DNA of 64,000 nucleotides from Lingula anatina (taxonomy: Eukaryota > Animalia > Brachiopoda), in the NCBI GenBank assembly GCA_051362555.1, contig CM120640.1, positions 9,486,001 through 9,550,000 on the forward strand, read 5' to 3'. Positions 24,764-36,516 of this stretch are shown here, one piece after another (the first letter of the stretch is position 1; each line of letters opens with the position of its first letter). The notes beneath the pieces were generated by a model, which was given only the letters and a program-made list of their open reading frames with translations, was not told the DNA's origin and made no database searches. A program made the translations under genes and the position numbers.

Positions 24764-25078
24764 CTGAAACAGATACGCTGATCATTATTTAAAAAGAGAA
24801 AAAGATATTTTAGAACGCGGTTTCATTGAACGCGAGTTCATTGATGTTTTTTTAGCATGACATTAAAGATGCGTGGTGGTTTTAGTGAGTAGAGGTGGTT
24901 GGAGGTGTGATTATTTCCAGTAGGCCTTGCCTTTAAATGTGATCAGCAGTTTGCTATGACTTCTTTAGTCATGCATATAGCAACTTTATCGTGTGGAATT
25001 TTACCCTTTTTTTCACAGTTTTTACCACAAAACCATAAAAGTTTTGGTTACAACAAATTGTATAACCATATGGCATAC

Positions 25079-25368
25079 CGAACGAGAACCATTCTCACGA
25101 TTATCAGCAAAAGATGGTGTAACGTGAGCCTGGGCATCGTCGTAAACTCTCAGAGCGGCTGCAGCACCTCCGTCATTATATACAAAGGGTTTGGCAGTAG
25201 TGGTGGTGGTGGTTGTAGTGGTAGTAGTAGGTTCCGTCCGTTTCCCCTTACAAACAACACCCGCCGCCTCGTTCCTATCGCAGTTGTGGCGGCCCCAGCC
25301 AAGAGACCAACACTTTTCTAGCTGTTTCTCGTTCCCATAGCAGTAAACATCGTCCATCCAGATTTTTG
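25079..25368 (-). CDS. LOXL: Lysyl oxidase-like, exon 2 (second half of SRCR1 plus poly-Thr linker)
   Basis: KIWMDDVYCYGNEKQLEKCWSLGWGRHNCDRNEAAGVVC, then a Thr run; donor GTATGC, phase 0. Confidence 0.9.
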
Positions 25369-27157
25369 CTGAAAAGAAGCGCAAATGTAAATAAAGCTTA
25401 TATAATGATGCCCTGAGAAACTAACCCATTCCCCTTTTTTTAGATGATACCATAGTTATTGACAAAATGAATGAAAAACATAAAACTGGCGTGTGCTCTG
25501 TAACTCAGGGCAATACCCAACAGATTGAAATCTGAAAATCGTTTTTACAACCGTCAATTGAATTACCTTGGTTCTAAAAGCATACAAAAACTTTATGACA
25601 CAAAGTTGAAGGTCGCCAATCATATAGTACTGGATTTCATTTAAATGAAGTACCACACCCATTTGATTCCAAGTAGAAAATATATAATTTTAGTTACGTT
25701 TTGGTTACCAAGTTTGGTAAGCCTTTTAATGCACACTTATAACATTAGGTGTGTTTCGTTGTTTGGGGACATTTGGGACGGAGAAAGCCAAGAATTGTAG
25801 TTACTCCTTTCACATATTTTTAAAGTTTGCTCTGTGTAAAAGAAACAACATGCCAAAATTATCAATCTACTCAACGTGCTTCCAGCTTGGGAGTTCAACC
25901 TTCTCGAAGGGTATATGGAGGTATCTTACATCAATATCATCAATTGGATACTCTATTCCTATGACTTGTCTAAGATGTTAGCCTAAAGATTTTACAAATG
26001 TGAATAATAAAGTGAATTAAGTGTCTCTGTGAGAAACGTTTGTGAGAAACGTGTCTTGTTTTTTACTCTGTTTTTTATTTTTCAAACTATTGATGATGTA
26101 TTAATGTTGTGTTCTGCTTTCGATTGTTTTCTCATTTTTGTAAACAGTTTGAAACGGAGATCAAACCCTGGGTCGCATAAAACGCAGAATTTGGCTTTTT
26201 CTGTGAACAGAAACCATGAAACATATGCAGTCGGAAATATTTATGCCTGATACAACCTCGTCAACCTGGTTCGTTCTGTTCAAATTCCAGACCTAATTTG
26301 GTCTCGTAGTTGCATTTCAGGAGGATTTTACTAGAACAGGAAGTTTTATAAATCATTTGTAATTTGATGTTTTGATACAACTGTTTTCCACAGATATTCA
26401 CGTTATTGGCTTACGTGTACTGGGTTTTGATACGAAATTCATTGCGTTTCTGTGCATTTGCTACAGGTAAATAAATGTATTTTCTAATATTCTAAATATT
26501 ATCATGAAAGGACAATAAAAAATAATCCCGTAATGATAAAAGATCAACATTTTGCCAAACTGAAAGGATTATCGTGACTACAGGGCTGTGTGTATGCTTA
26601 ACTATTTAGTGTTGCTTGCTGACATGCCGCACGTAAAATTGAAAACGAAGTTTTTGTTTCATAAAATATGGTATGTGCACATTGCTGAAGTCCAAGCTGT
26701 TGACATTTGTAGCCAAGATATTTCACAAACAGCAGCTGTTCTCGCGTATCTTCTGCTTTGAACACCAAAATGCCTATACAGACTTAAATGTAAGGGAAAG
26801 AAACTCAATTATCATGCTCAACAACCAGTTATCTTATATTGAAACTTGTGAAATATATAACCGCCGTTTAATACCCTTCTTTGTCAGGCTGATACAAGAC
26901 CCCCTCCACCCCCCATCCCCAGGTACTGATGCATTCTAGGAAGAGTCCACTTATATAAAATGCGGACCCGTGGTACAGGAATTCCCCGTTTTCTATCTGA
27001 GTTCTCCAAAATTAAAGCCAAACGTACCAATTGACATGGTTCACGTCAGTCCAGTTTTTAGAAGCCTCATGTATATAAAATAGAGTAATGTCAGATCAAG
27101 ATGAGAGATATCAAAGTTTTGCTTTAAACAGAGATCAGGAGAGCACATGGAATCTAA

Positions 27158-27169
27158 GGGCTCATTCCC

Positions 27170-27218
<49 letters not shown>
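27158..27218. repeat. Solo MITE terminus followed by a (TAA)n microsatellite
   Basis: TAA+GGGCTCATTCCCAT (same TIR family as 43610 and 23540) runs straight into a TAA triplet array. Confidence 0.7.
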
Positions 27219-27220
<2 letters not shown>

Positions 27221-28601
27221 GAAAAGCGTACTAGAAGAACAAATTCTGACCCAGACACGAGCACACAATTCCAGACACAATTCCTACATTTCTCAAGGAG
27301 ATTTGGTAAAAGAGTGGAGCGTCTAACTAACGGTAGTCAAATTATGAACGGGAAAATCAATTGAAATAAAACCCCTCGCCAAGTAAGTCTAGAAATTTTA
27401 GGTATTTCTTGTTTTCCCGGAAAGAGTGGGTGGTACACATACTAAGCATGCCCTTGTAATTTACAAATTCTATACATCAGTTGATAGTTTTAAGTTACTG
27501 AATTGAAACCCTCATGTAAAAAATGCTCTACGAGAACGTTCACCCTTCCTCTGTCTATGCCTTGTCTGTGTTGAAATTAATCTTCTGAATGTGAATCGTT
27601 GTTCGAAGTAAAATCAGAGGAAGCAAGGCGAATATTTAGTGATATTGATGGACTGAATAGGGATTGTTGTTCGAGGTTAAATCCGTTAATGGCAGGGTAT
27701 ATATATTGATTTCGATGCATTGAATGTGAACCGATGTGTAAATCAGGGTTGGAGCATGGGAGATGGAAGTTTGTTTTCTTTTAGGTAAAAGTAGGAAGTC
27801 AATTCGAGACAGCTTAGACAGCTTGTCAATGTGTGTTTGTGCGTAAAGGTGAATGGGGTCGAAATCATGAAGCATTAAAAAACTTTTTAAATTCATTTTA
27901 GGAAAAGAAAACAACATTGTACTGACCTTATATGGGGAGCATCGGGTTATATTTGAAGAAGTGCAGACAAAACGCCTGGAGGAATGTAAATAATGCATAT
28001 AAAGTAGACATATTCTTTGATAGTTAATTAAGTTCATAAGTGGCACTTTGTTGTTTCCCTTCTGTTGGGCGCAAGCTTAATGCCTTTTTCACTGAGAGGT
28101 TGTTAAAAAGCGTTCAACACTCGTCTGAAAAATAATGCGTTCAAATATGTTATTGCACTTACTACATAACAGTTCAGACTGGTGAAAGACAGCTACTGTT
28201 CCTTAGTTTAAAAACTACTAGTCTGTGACCCGCATACGGCAGTCTACCAACCAACAGCTAGAACCCTAACCACACTTAATGTCAAAAATGCACAGGAAAT
28301 AACTTCGCGTTAAAGGACGTGGCATGAGCTACCAATGCAAAGTCACGTAATTAAAAGTGGTCAAAAGAAAAGGGAAACGTGGTGAGAGTCGGCATGAGGT
28401 TTTGCTGCAACTGATCTTTAAATTTCTTTAGATCTTTTTGTTGATGAAAGGTACCCTTTTCAAACTGAATACATTGAAAACTGGTACAAGGGAAAGGAGC
28501 TAGCTATGATGCTATTGACTTTTTAATTTATGATTGACGCTTTGGATTCATAAAATGGACACATAAGTATAAAACCATGGAAATAACAAGCGTGTGTGCG
28601 C

Positions 28602-28632
<31 letters not shown>

Positions 28633-28679
28633 GAGGCATGTGAGAACTCAATCGAAAAAGAATCAACATTGAAACTTAC

Positions 28680-28977
28680 CACTAGTTTTTCTGAAGTGGT
28701 TCCTTTTAGTAACAGAAGCTGCCCCCTTGAGGTAACCGAGGTCCCTGCACGCGACGTCAGCGTTTTTCTTATCCCAACGGTCATCACAGATAATGCCCCA
28801 CTCTCCGTCGTGATAGATCATAACGTTCCCTTCGTTGGGCGTCCTCCCGCCGACAAGTTTAATTTTTCTAAACCCCTCCACGTCTGGTACACCGTGATTG
28901 TGTCTCCTGTTCCCTGCCTCCTGGGAACGGCAGGTAACAATGACGAACATTAGAAGTATAATGGTGGACAGATGCAT
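28680..28977 (-). CDS. LOXL: Lysyl oxidase-like, exon 1 (signal peptide plus first half of SRCR1)
   Basis: MHLSTIILLMFVIVTCRSQ...IKLVGGRTPNEGNVMIYHDGEWGIICDDRWD...VACRDLGY; donor GTAAGT. The nine exons sum to 1557 nt = 518 aa plus stop. Confidence 0.95.
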
Positions 28978-29159
28978 TTTCAAGTTTTGCTTGCGGTATG
29001 ACAGGCAGCGAGAGTCCCGGCTTCTTTGAAACTAAAAACACTAACAAACTGAGTGCATGCACACTCAGTGTTCAGCTGCTTGCTACCGGGCTGGCGATCG
29101 ACCTCACTGCGTCTGTGAAAACGAAGAGGCAAACGTTACATTTACAGCAGACGTCTGGA

Positions 29160-29250
29160 AAAATCTGATTGGCAAAACTATGCCGCTACGTCACCCATGA
29201 CCAGGATGAAAGGACCCGAGCTGAACTATGCTGCCGAGTGACGCATGGCA
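29160..29250 (-). promoter_or_regulatory. Candidate LOXL proximal promoter
   Basis: CCAAT box (gccaatcag, ~29165-29173) and CRE-like TGACGTA (29187-29193) about 200 bp upstream of the ATG; motif match only. Confidence 0.35.
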
Positions 29251-32200
29251 ACATTGCCAGCTACATATCGGTTCAGTGACTGATGCATGTGTGTCCAATG
29301 GCCTGTTTAACAAACTTGCTACCACAGTTATCCGATGTGACAGGTACTCTGATCTTTAATGGTTTTATTTTTTTACCTTGTTAGGCTATTGAAAAAAATA
29401 CGCGCTTATAGTAACTCCGGGTGAAAGTTTACGGACAAAATTAAGATTCTTGGGAGAGGTCAGATTTAAAACATAAAATATCGCACATATATTCCCTATT
29501 ATATCGGAAAAATAGGTAAACAAATTATCCTTTCTAATCCCCCAAAACATTGATAAGAGCGAGTGAAGTATCTGTTTACAAAACCAATGCTGTGTAATAA
29601 ACCAGTACAGAAGAGTGATTCAAAGAAAGAAGAGACATAACGCACAAATGATTTGAGAAATTACCCTTGCAGGGCATTTTCTAGAATTGAAAAATAATTG
29701 TTTGATTAAGTAATGATAGGTTGGCGATTTTGTTACCACATTAAAGAAACATGATTAGCCTTGATCTTTCCGGACTATTGTGTACTCATCAACAAAAACC
29801 GGCCCAGGGGGTACAGGTAATTTATACGGTGATATCCACAAATACCAAATTCAGTCTGGTTGTAAACTGTAGTCGTGAGCTTAAAACACGTCGCTAGACA
29901 ATATTGCGTCTATCTACGTCTGTCGATCAAATACAGACGTCGAAATGACGTCGTGTGGACGCTGGGATTCAGTTGTTTTATGTGTGTGTGTGTTTATGTG
30001 TGTGTGTGTGTATGTGTGTGTGTGTGTGTGTGTGTTTAAGAGAGAGAGAGAGGGGCGGGAGTGGGAGGCCGGGACCGGAAGAATTGATGAAAAATGAGTG
30101 ATGGCAGTACCAAGTTATGTTGAATAGGAACCTGGGACAACACGTAAAAGTGTTAGTTGTTGCGTGTCATCTAAAAACGCGATATATGCCAGGTAAAAAG
30201 AGAGAATAATGTTAGTTACGCTTTGAAATTGCATTAATAAAAGGTGACGTCTTTTAGTCGTTTTAATGGTAATAAGAGTACGGATATTTGTAACGCTTTC
30301 AATATAAGGAAAACAAGTATAATATGATACACCACTTATAAGTGCAATTAGGTAAGTTGTGCGACGCCTATTAAATGACAATTGAACCTTTGCTTTTCCA
30401 AATTAGTGCGTCTAGTTTTTCGCTTGCTTTAACAGCAATAGCTTCGTTCGAAAATAATGATCTGATGTCACAAAAAAGAACAATTGTTATCAAGTTAAAG
30501 AGTTTTCTGAGTGCAAGATAAAAACACAAGCCGAAAGAAGAAAGTAAGAAAAAGAAAAAATCGTCGTGTAATTCATCATATTTGTATCTATCGCAGATGT
30601 AACACAGTATCGCATAGTTTGTCCTTTGGTGACGTAACGCATTTATGTTTTTCTAACAAGACTACCTAGTTTACGTATAAAACTTTAGTAATAAAAGAGA
30701 TTCTTCGTGCAGTCGTAAGAGAAAAAAAAACCTTCATCGTTACACTGTCCTTACCATAAGTGTTCCTTCTTCCAAACTGAGCGAAGGGGAACAGAAAGTG
30801 AAAAAACAAAATCGATCAGATTTAAATGCAGCAGACTATAGCTAGGCGCGACAAGACTGAATATGGAGTACGTTGAACATCATAATGTTGTAATGATTTA
30901 TTCCCTCTGTTTACAATGAAAAATGATATGGCAATAATAATAATAAGTATTATTATGATGATGATAATGATGAAGAGTCACACAACCAGCTCTTTGGAGG
31001 TTTGCCCTCTAAACGAAATCTGCCCCTAATACATACTGAATCTCAGTCTGTTTTTTCTTGTAGCTGGCTCTCGTTTTGGACGTTTTTCTTTGATGTAAAT
31101 AACAGCACCCCGCCCGGGTAAACGTGCTTGTTTAGGTCACAAAAAGATGGTGATTTAAAAGAACAGTAAAGGTCAAATACAAAAGAGGGTCAAGAAGCCA
31201 GGAAATACGTCGTTTCTTTCCATCGACCTTAACTATTGCGCATGCCGAGGCGGATAGAAAAATCACGATATGACCAGTTTAGTTTTCAAACTAAATCAAT
31301 ATAACGTAATACAGCCAATAGATTTTTAAAAGTTTCCATTCTGAAAATGCAAGTCAAATATGTTCGCATTGTTGTCGTGATAGGCTCAACTTAAGTCAAC
31401 CCTTTAAACAAAACCATGTGCTGTTATAAATGTACAATTATAATAAAAATAATAATTCTTCACGTGTAAAATATATATGAGCAATCATTCTGTTGTATCA
31501 AGACGTAGACGGTAACGGCAAGCGAATGCCGCGAAGAGCAGCGTCAAAGATGGGGCGTGAAAATAAGGGTGGTGTACCAGCGACTCAGGCCAGGAAGTAG
31601 GGGTGTCTAACCACTTTCGTAGATAACAAATGGTTGCAGTCATAGCGTATGATTCTCATTACCCATGGCCTAGTAGGTTTAAGGACATGTTCTTAGTGAA
31701 ATGTGTGTGTTTACATTATGGGTGATACATGGCCACAGAACTGCGCTTTGCTCAGGGCAAATCTAGACTTCCATCTGATAGGTTGATCTGATAAAATCTG
31801 ACCAATGGAGTTTCCAACGTCACGCGTCTCAAATGAAAGACATTATTGCCAGACGTATTTGATTTAACGCGACAGGGTTTAATAGTAAATAATTGGTGTA
31901 AGAGCTATGGGAATTTTGTAGCATTTGAATGGTCACCTGAGATCTGTTACCAGAACAATGCTGAAACCTTGTCGACCGAAAATCCATCGGTGCATTCACA
32001 AATTATGTTAAGGATACAGTCGATCAAGTACGCTAACCTTTTCACACTTCTGGGTTTGAATTAATTTTTTCAATACAATCCATAACAAAGTGCAAAATAA
32101 AAAGAAAAATAAATAAATAAATAAAGCATATAGTGTAAATTTCTTGTTATCTGGCAAATGATAAGCTGCTGAAAAATTCAGCCAACAACAATTCATTGAG

Positions 32201-35200
32201 CCAATAACGACACCGAAATTACATTCATAAGGGCGAAATGGTTGCCCCTATTTTTCACTGGTGATAAAAGGTATCGAACGTGTATTCCAAAGTTTTAGGT
32301 GACAAAATACTGAATAAAACGTACCTGTTGTCTTTTACAATCTTCGTGCTTTTCTTGTTACATATATACAGTTCTAATTAAAATGTTTTGGTGATTTATA
32401 CTAATTATGGCAAATTTAAGTGATGAAATGGTTATAAAACACAGAAGTTGATTTTTAAACGAAATTTTCGCTACCTTTGTCTCTGAAAATCAACAACTCC
32501 TCCAGCAGGTGATCCTCGAGACGACTTGAAATCGACCGCTTGGACGCCTGAAACACAGGACTGTGACTTTATATTTAATTTCGAAGTTTAATAAAAGAGC
32601 GAATTTATTTTATTTGATAAAAGTCAAAAGGTAAGTGGCTGGATTTATTTTACATTCTCGCTATGACTTTCATTTAGACAGTCTTTCAAACGCGGTATAT
32701 AATTACTGATCGCATTTAAAATGGTGTCTGGTTTAAGTTTCATTCAAATACAGCCCTGTGTGACATTTTGACCGTTTTACGAGGGTGTTTATACTCTATG
32801 ATGAAACGTAAACTTTACCACTAACCATTTATTGAAGTCCCATTAATCCAGTGAATGGTGTTAAGAAAGCCAGTTGCGTTTCCTAAACGTGCTGTGTTAT
32901 TTCACCATCAGGCAATCTGATATAGGCGTTGTTTTACTCGGATCACATGTTGTTTTACGGCAATTATGGTTTGCCACTTAAAAATCGCTGTGCATGTCAA
33001 AACGCAGGTCGGACATATCGGCGCTGATAAAAGCCATATCGACTTCTGCATGTGCCAATCACTGGTGTAAACATTACCCAAGGCATTGGCCGAATTAAGA
33101 AAAGTTTACCTTCAGTCAACCGTAATAGAATTTCGGAAAAAATAACCGCACTTTTCTTGTTAAGTTTGCACCTTGTATGACCCAACGGAAAAACATTAGG
33201 GCAAAGAAGCGCGTATACAAAACCTAGGGCAACGGCAGGAAATTAGGTTGAAACTACAAGACTTACACAGGGGTGGATGGCAAAAAATAGCATTAATTTG
33301 ACTGACATTTCTTTACTGCCGTTACTTGTTTTAAATTAGTTTAGTACTGAGTAGCATCAGTGCTCACCTTTGCCCCTTAACTGCTGGTAGAGGACAACCG
33401 CCATTAGCATCAGGGCGTGGTCTGTGTAATCGTGTAATCTGTAGATTTCACCATCCTTTTTTTTATGGCAGTCTGCAAAACAGGTCTCCCTGTTTTTTCT
33501 ACATTGTAACCAGTTGCATTTAGTGCCACCGAGTTCAAAAACGACTTTATTTACACCTACATTTAGAAACATATGGAAATCATTTCGATCAATTGCATCA
33601 ATTGGCCTACTGTATAATAAACGCTTGAACTTGCACTTAACCTTTAAAAAGTTGCTTTACTACGACATGCGTAATTTTTCTTATACCTTGCATGGCCAAC
33701 TCTAATTTTACGAATACATCTGCAATTCGTGAGGAGTGGCGCAGGAGACTCTTGTCTTTTTTTAAGACAGAGCGCAAACAATTCTACCCTTCATACTCTC
33801 TTTTTACTTCCTCACGTAAGGTAAAACATGGATGTTCCGATGAAGCAGACAGACTGTATTCATGACATCTCAGTTATCTTTGGTATTTTCATTTCTGGGT
33901 GTAATTATATCAAACGCAAGTCTTAAAGATATAACTACCCTTCGGCGGTCTGTCTGATTAATCTAAATAATCGACACAATTGTGATATTATAAGTTTTGT
34001 GAAGATATACATGGATAGGTTCTCATTGATCGACATATCCAGATATCAGGCGCCTGTCTGAAAAAAGAAATACCGTTTTTGCTTGATTTCTTTATTTATG
34101 ATCGGACTCTGAGAACACAGTCTTCATTGTTTCCGCCTACAGCATCTCCCATAAATAATATAATACATCGTTTCGTTTTTACAAAATAAATTCAAACTTT
34201 TATTTGTCTCGTTAAAAAATATAGTCACCCATAGTTTGTACATGTATAAACTTAATCGAGTGCATCACAAAAATGGTCATATAAATGTTCTCATTTTTTA
34301 TTTCTGCAAAAAATACAGTTTACATGTATACCAGAACTTCAACGTTTAACATATTCAGAAAAAGGCCTATGCATATGCGAAAGAATTTATATCTTGACCA
34401 TTCATATTGAAATGATAGGTGAAACTTATTTAAAGAAGCGCTGATCAAAATCACCAGCACAGCAAGCGTGCATTCCTGGAAGAACTAGACTGAATATTTA
34501 TAAATGGAACTGCAAGAGGATACTCCCAATCCTTAATTGCGGTTCTTGAAGAGTGGATTTTGATGTGAATCAGAAATAGGTAACAGTGGTGAAAATACCC
34601 TCTTAAAATACACAGGTTACAGTTTGAGCTTGGAAGTGGTTAGGGTATGAAGTGTAGCTCTGGTACAGCACCTGCATCTCATATCATATGACCACGAAAC
34701 CTTGGCGGGTTTCCCGCACGTTCGGGTGTATCTTACAGTGTTTCATTAACCCCCGTGAGAATGAAAATGCTAGGTAGACATCATCTTCTTCTTTAGCCCA
34801 GATGGCGAAGGAGGGCAATAACCCCATATATGTGTACCCTTGAGCGTGAAAGAGATGAGTAAACCCCAGCTTCGGACAACTTCGTTGTTTTTTTGATCTA
34901 TTGATCGGTATAAAGTTTCATTTTGTTAACTTTAATGAGAATAAAAATCTGAACATGTAAACGGATAGTTTACATAAGAAATATAACTGTGTAGGAATAG
35001 ACTAAAATGTAACAGACGCAAGTGAATATTTTTTGGGTGCGAGATATTGAATTTTCTGAATTTCAGTCGCAGCTAACGCAACTGCTATCATCACCTTAAG
35101 TTAAATGCAATAGATGATACGTATCAACTAATGCAATGGGTGTGAAATGCATACCTTGCGGGGCCATCTGAAACGATAAAACGATAGTAAGGTATGGCCC

Positions 35201-35234
35201 TGCTTCCGTGAAAAGAAGCACCTCAATTCTTGTG

Positions 35235-35276
<42 letters not shown>

Positions 35277-35457
35277 TGAGTGAGTGAGGGTCGGCTGCTT
35301 GCGCGGCAAAGCTTGCGCCTAAGTTCAAGGAATCTGGATTCGTTCAGATTATTTTATCTTTTGACAAAACAAATTCCAGCCAATATCTAGAGTTAGTGAC
35401 CATGCACAACCTTGCGACTGAAAGCGGCTGTTGCACGAAACCAACAGTACACATGTA

Positions 35458-35732
35458 CAGGGGCGGATTCAGGAATATTTGAGGGGGGTCTGCATATTTG
35501 AAGCCGCCCTGCCCCCCCCCCCCCCCCCCCCCCCCCTCGTTGGCGTGGAGTTCGGGAACCGCTGAAAGACCCTGACAAATTTTGGTATTTTAGAAGCCAT
35601 TTGGTACGGTTTAGATAGTCGTAGTCAAAATTACAATTCCAAGTGGGGAAAATTTAGTGCGATATTTTTCAGAGACTGAAGGGGGGTCAGGACCCCCCCC
35701 CCCTGACCCCCCTCTAGATCGATCCGCCACTG
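35458..35732 (+). mobile_element. hAT/Tip100-like MITE with perfect 6-bp TSD
   Basis: CAGGGGCGGAT...ATCCGCCACTG flanked by CATGTA on both sides; internal G/C runs. Confidence 0.9.
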
Positions 35733-35793
35733 CATGTACATACAGTAGGATTAGAGCGGGATAGGCACGCTGCAACATACTCTGTAGCCTCTA

Positions 35794-35953
35794 CGGGGGC
35801 GTCTCGATAGTCCGAAGGTTCATTGGTCCGAAGGTTCATTGGTCCGAAAAGTGGTAACATTTTCATCGATTTTTTAATCAAGGGTTCATTGGTCCGAAGG
35901 TTCTATAGTGAACATTCGGACCAATGAACCTTCGGACTATCGCTACGGCCCCG
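35794..35953 (+). mobile_element. Foldback-type MITE with internal TCCGAAGGTTCATTGG repeats, copy 1
   Basis: Imperfect TIRs cggggg.gt..cgatagtccgaaggttc / gaaccttcggactatcg..acggccccg. Confidence 0.85.
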
Positions 35954-36046
35954 CTTCTACTGATACTAAGAATTGAAGATGAATAACGTGCTTTGCACAC
36001 CACGTATAACGTACGTGTATTTTGCCGTGCTAAGTCATGGTCTAAC

Positions 36047-36074
36047 CTAAGATCTAATAAATATTAGATCTTAG
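36047..36074. mobile_element. 28-bp palindrome with 7-bp flanking direct repeat (possible P-superfamily footprint)
   Basis: gtctaac|ctaagatctaata aa tattagatcttag|gtataac. Confidence 0.55.
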
Positions 36075-36340
36075 GTATAACAGACCCCAAAGACACATGC
36101 TGAACCCACAGTGTAATGTTCCACTTTAGCTATATTTAACTTCACTGTAAATTCGCAAAAATTATATGCAGCTTGTAATGTATGTGTATTTCTGTTAAAT
36201 GAACTTGAAAATTGAATTATATAATTGTCCTGTCTTTTGTCACATTATATAGTAAATGTTTAGAAAACTGTGACATTGAGAACCTGTAGCTGGACATGTG
36301 GGTGGAGGAAGTGCTTTGTATACATGTAACGTAATCGTAC

Positions 36341-36516
36341 CGGGGGCGTCTCGATAGTCCGAAGGTTCATTGGTCCGAAGGTTCATTGGTCCGAAAAACA
36401 GTAACATTTTCATCGGTTTTTTAATCAAGGGTTCATTGGTCCGAAGGTTCTGTAGTGAACATTCGGACCAATGAACCTTCGGACTATTGAACCTTCGGAC
36501 TATTGCTACGGCCCCA
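36341..36516 (+). mobile_element. Foldback-type MITE, copy 2
   Basis: Near-identical to 35794-35953 with one extra repeat unit; flanks differ. Confidence 0.85.

Noticed and set aside
27041-27280. Poly-Tyr ORF, and the CVCV/THTH ORFs elsewhere
   Set aside because: Translations of (TAA)n and (GT)n microsatellites.
35794-36516. Recurring 16-bp TCCGAAGGTTCATTGG units that look CRISPR-like
   Set aside because: Units are head-to-tail or inverted inside TIR elements, with no unique spacers and no cas genes; the context is eukaryotic.
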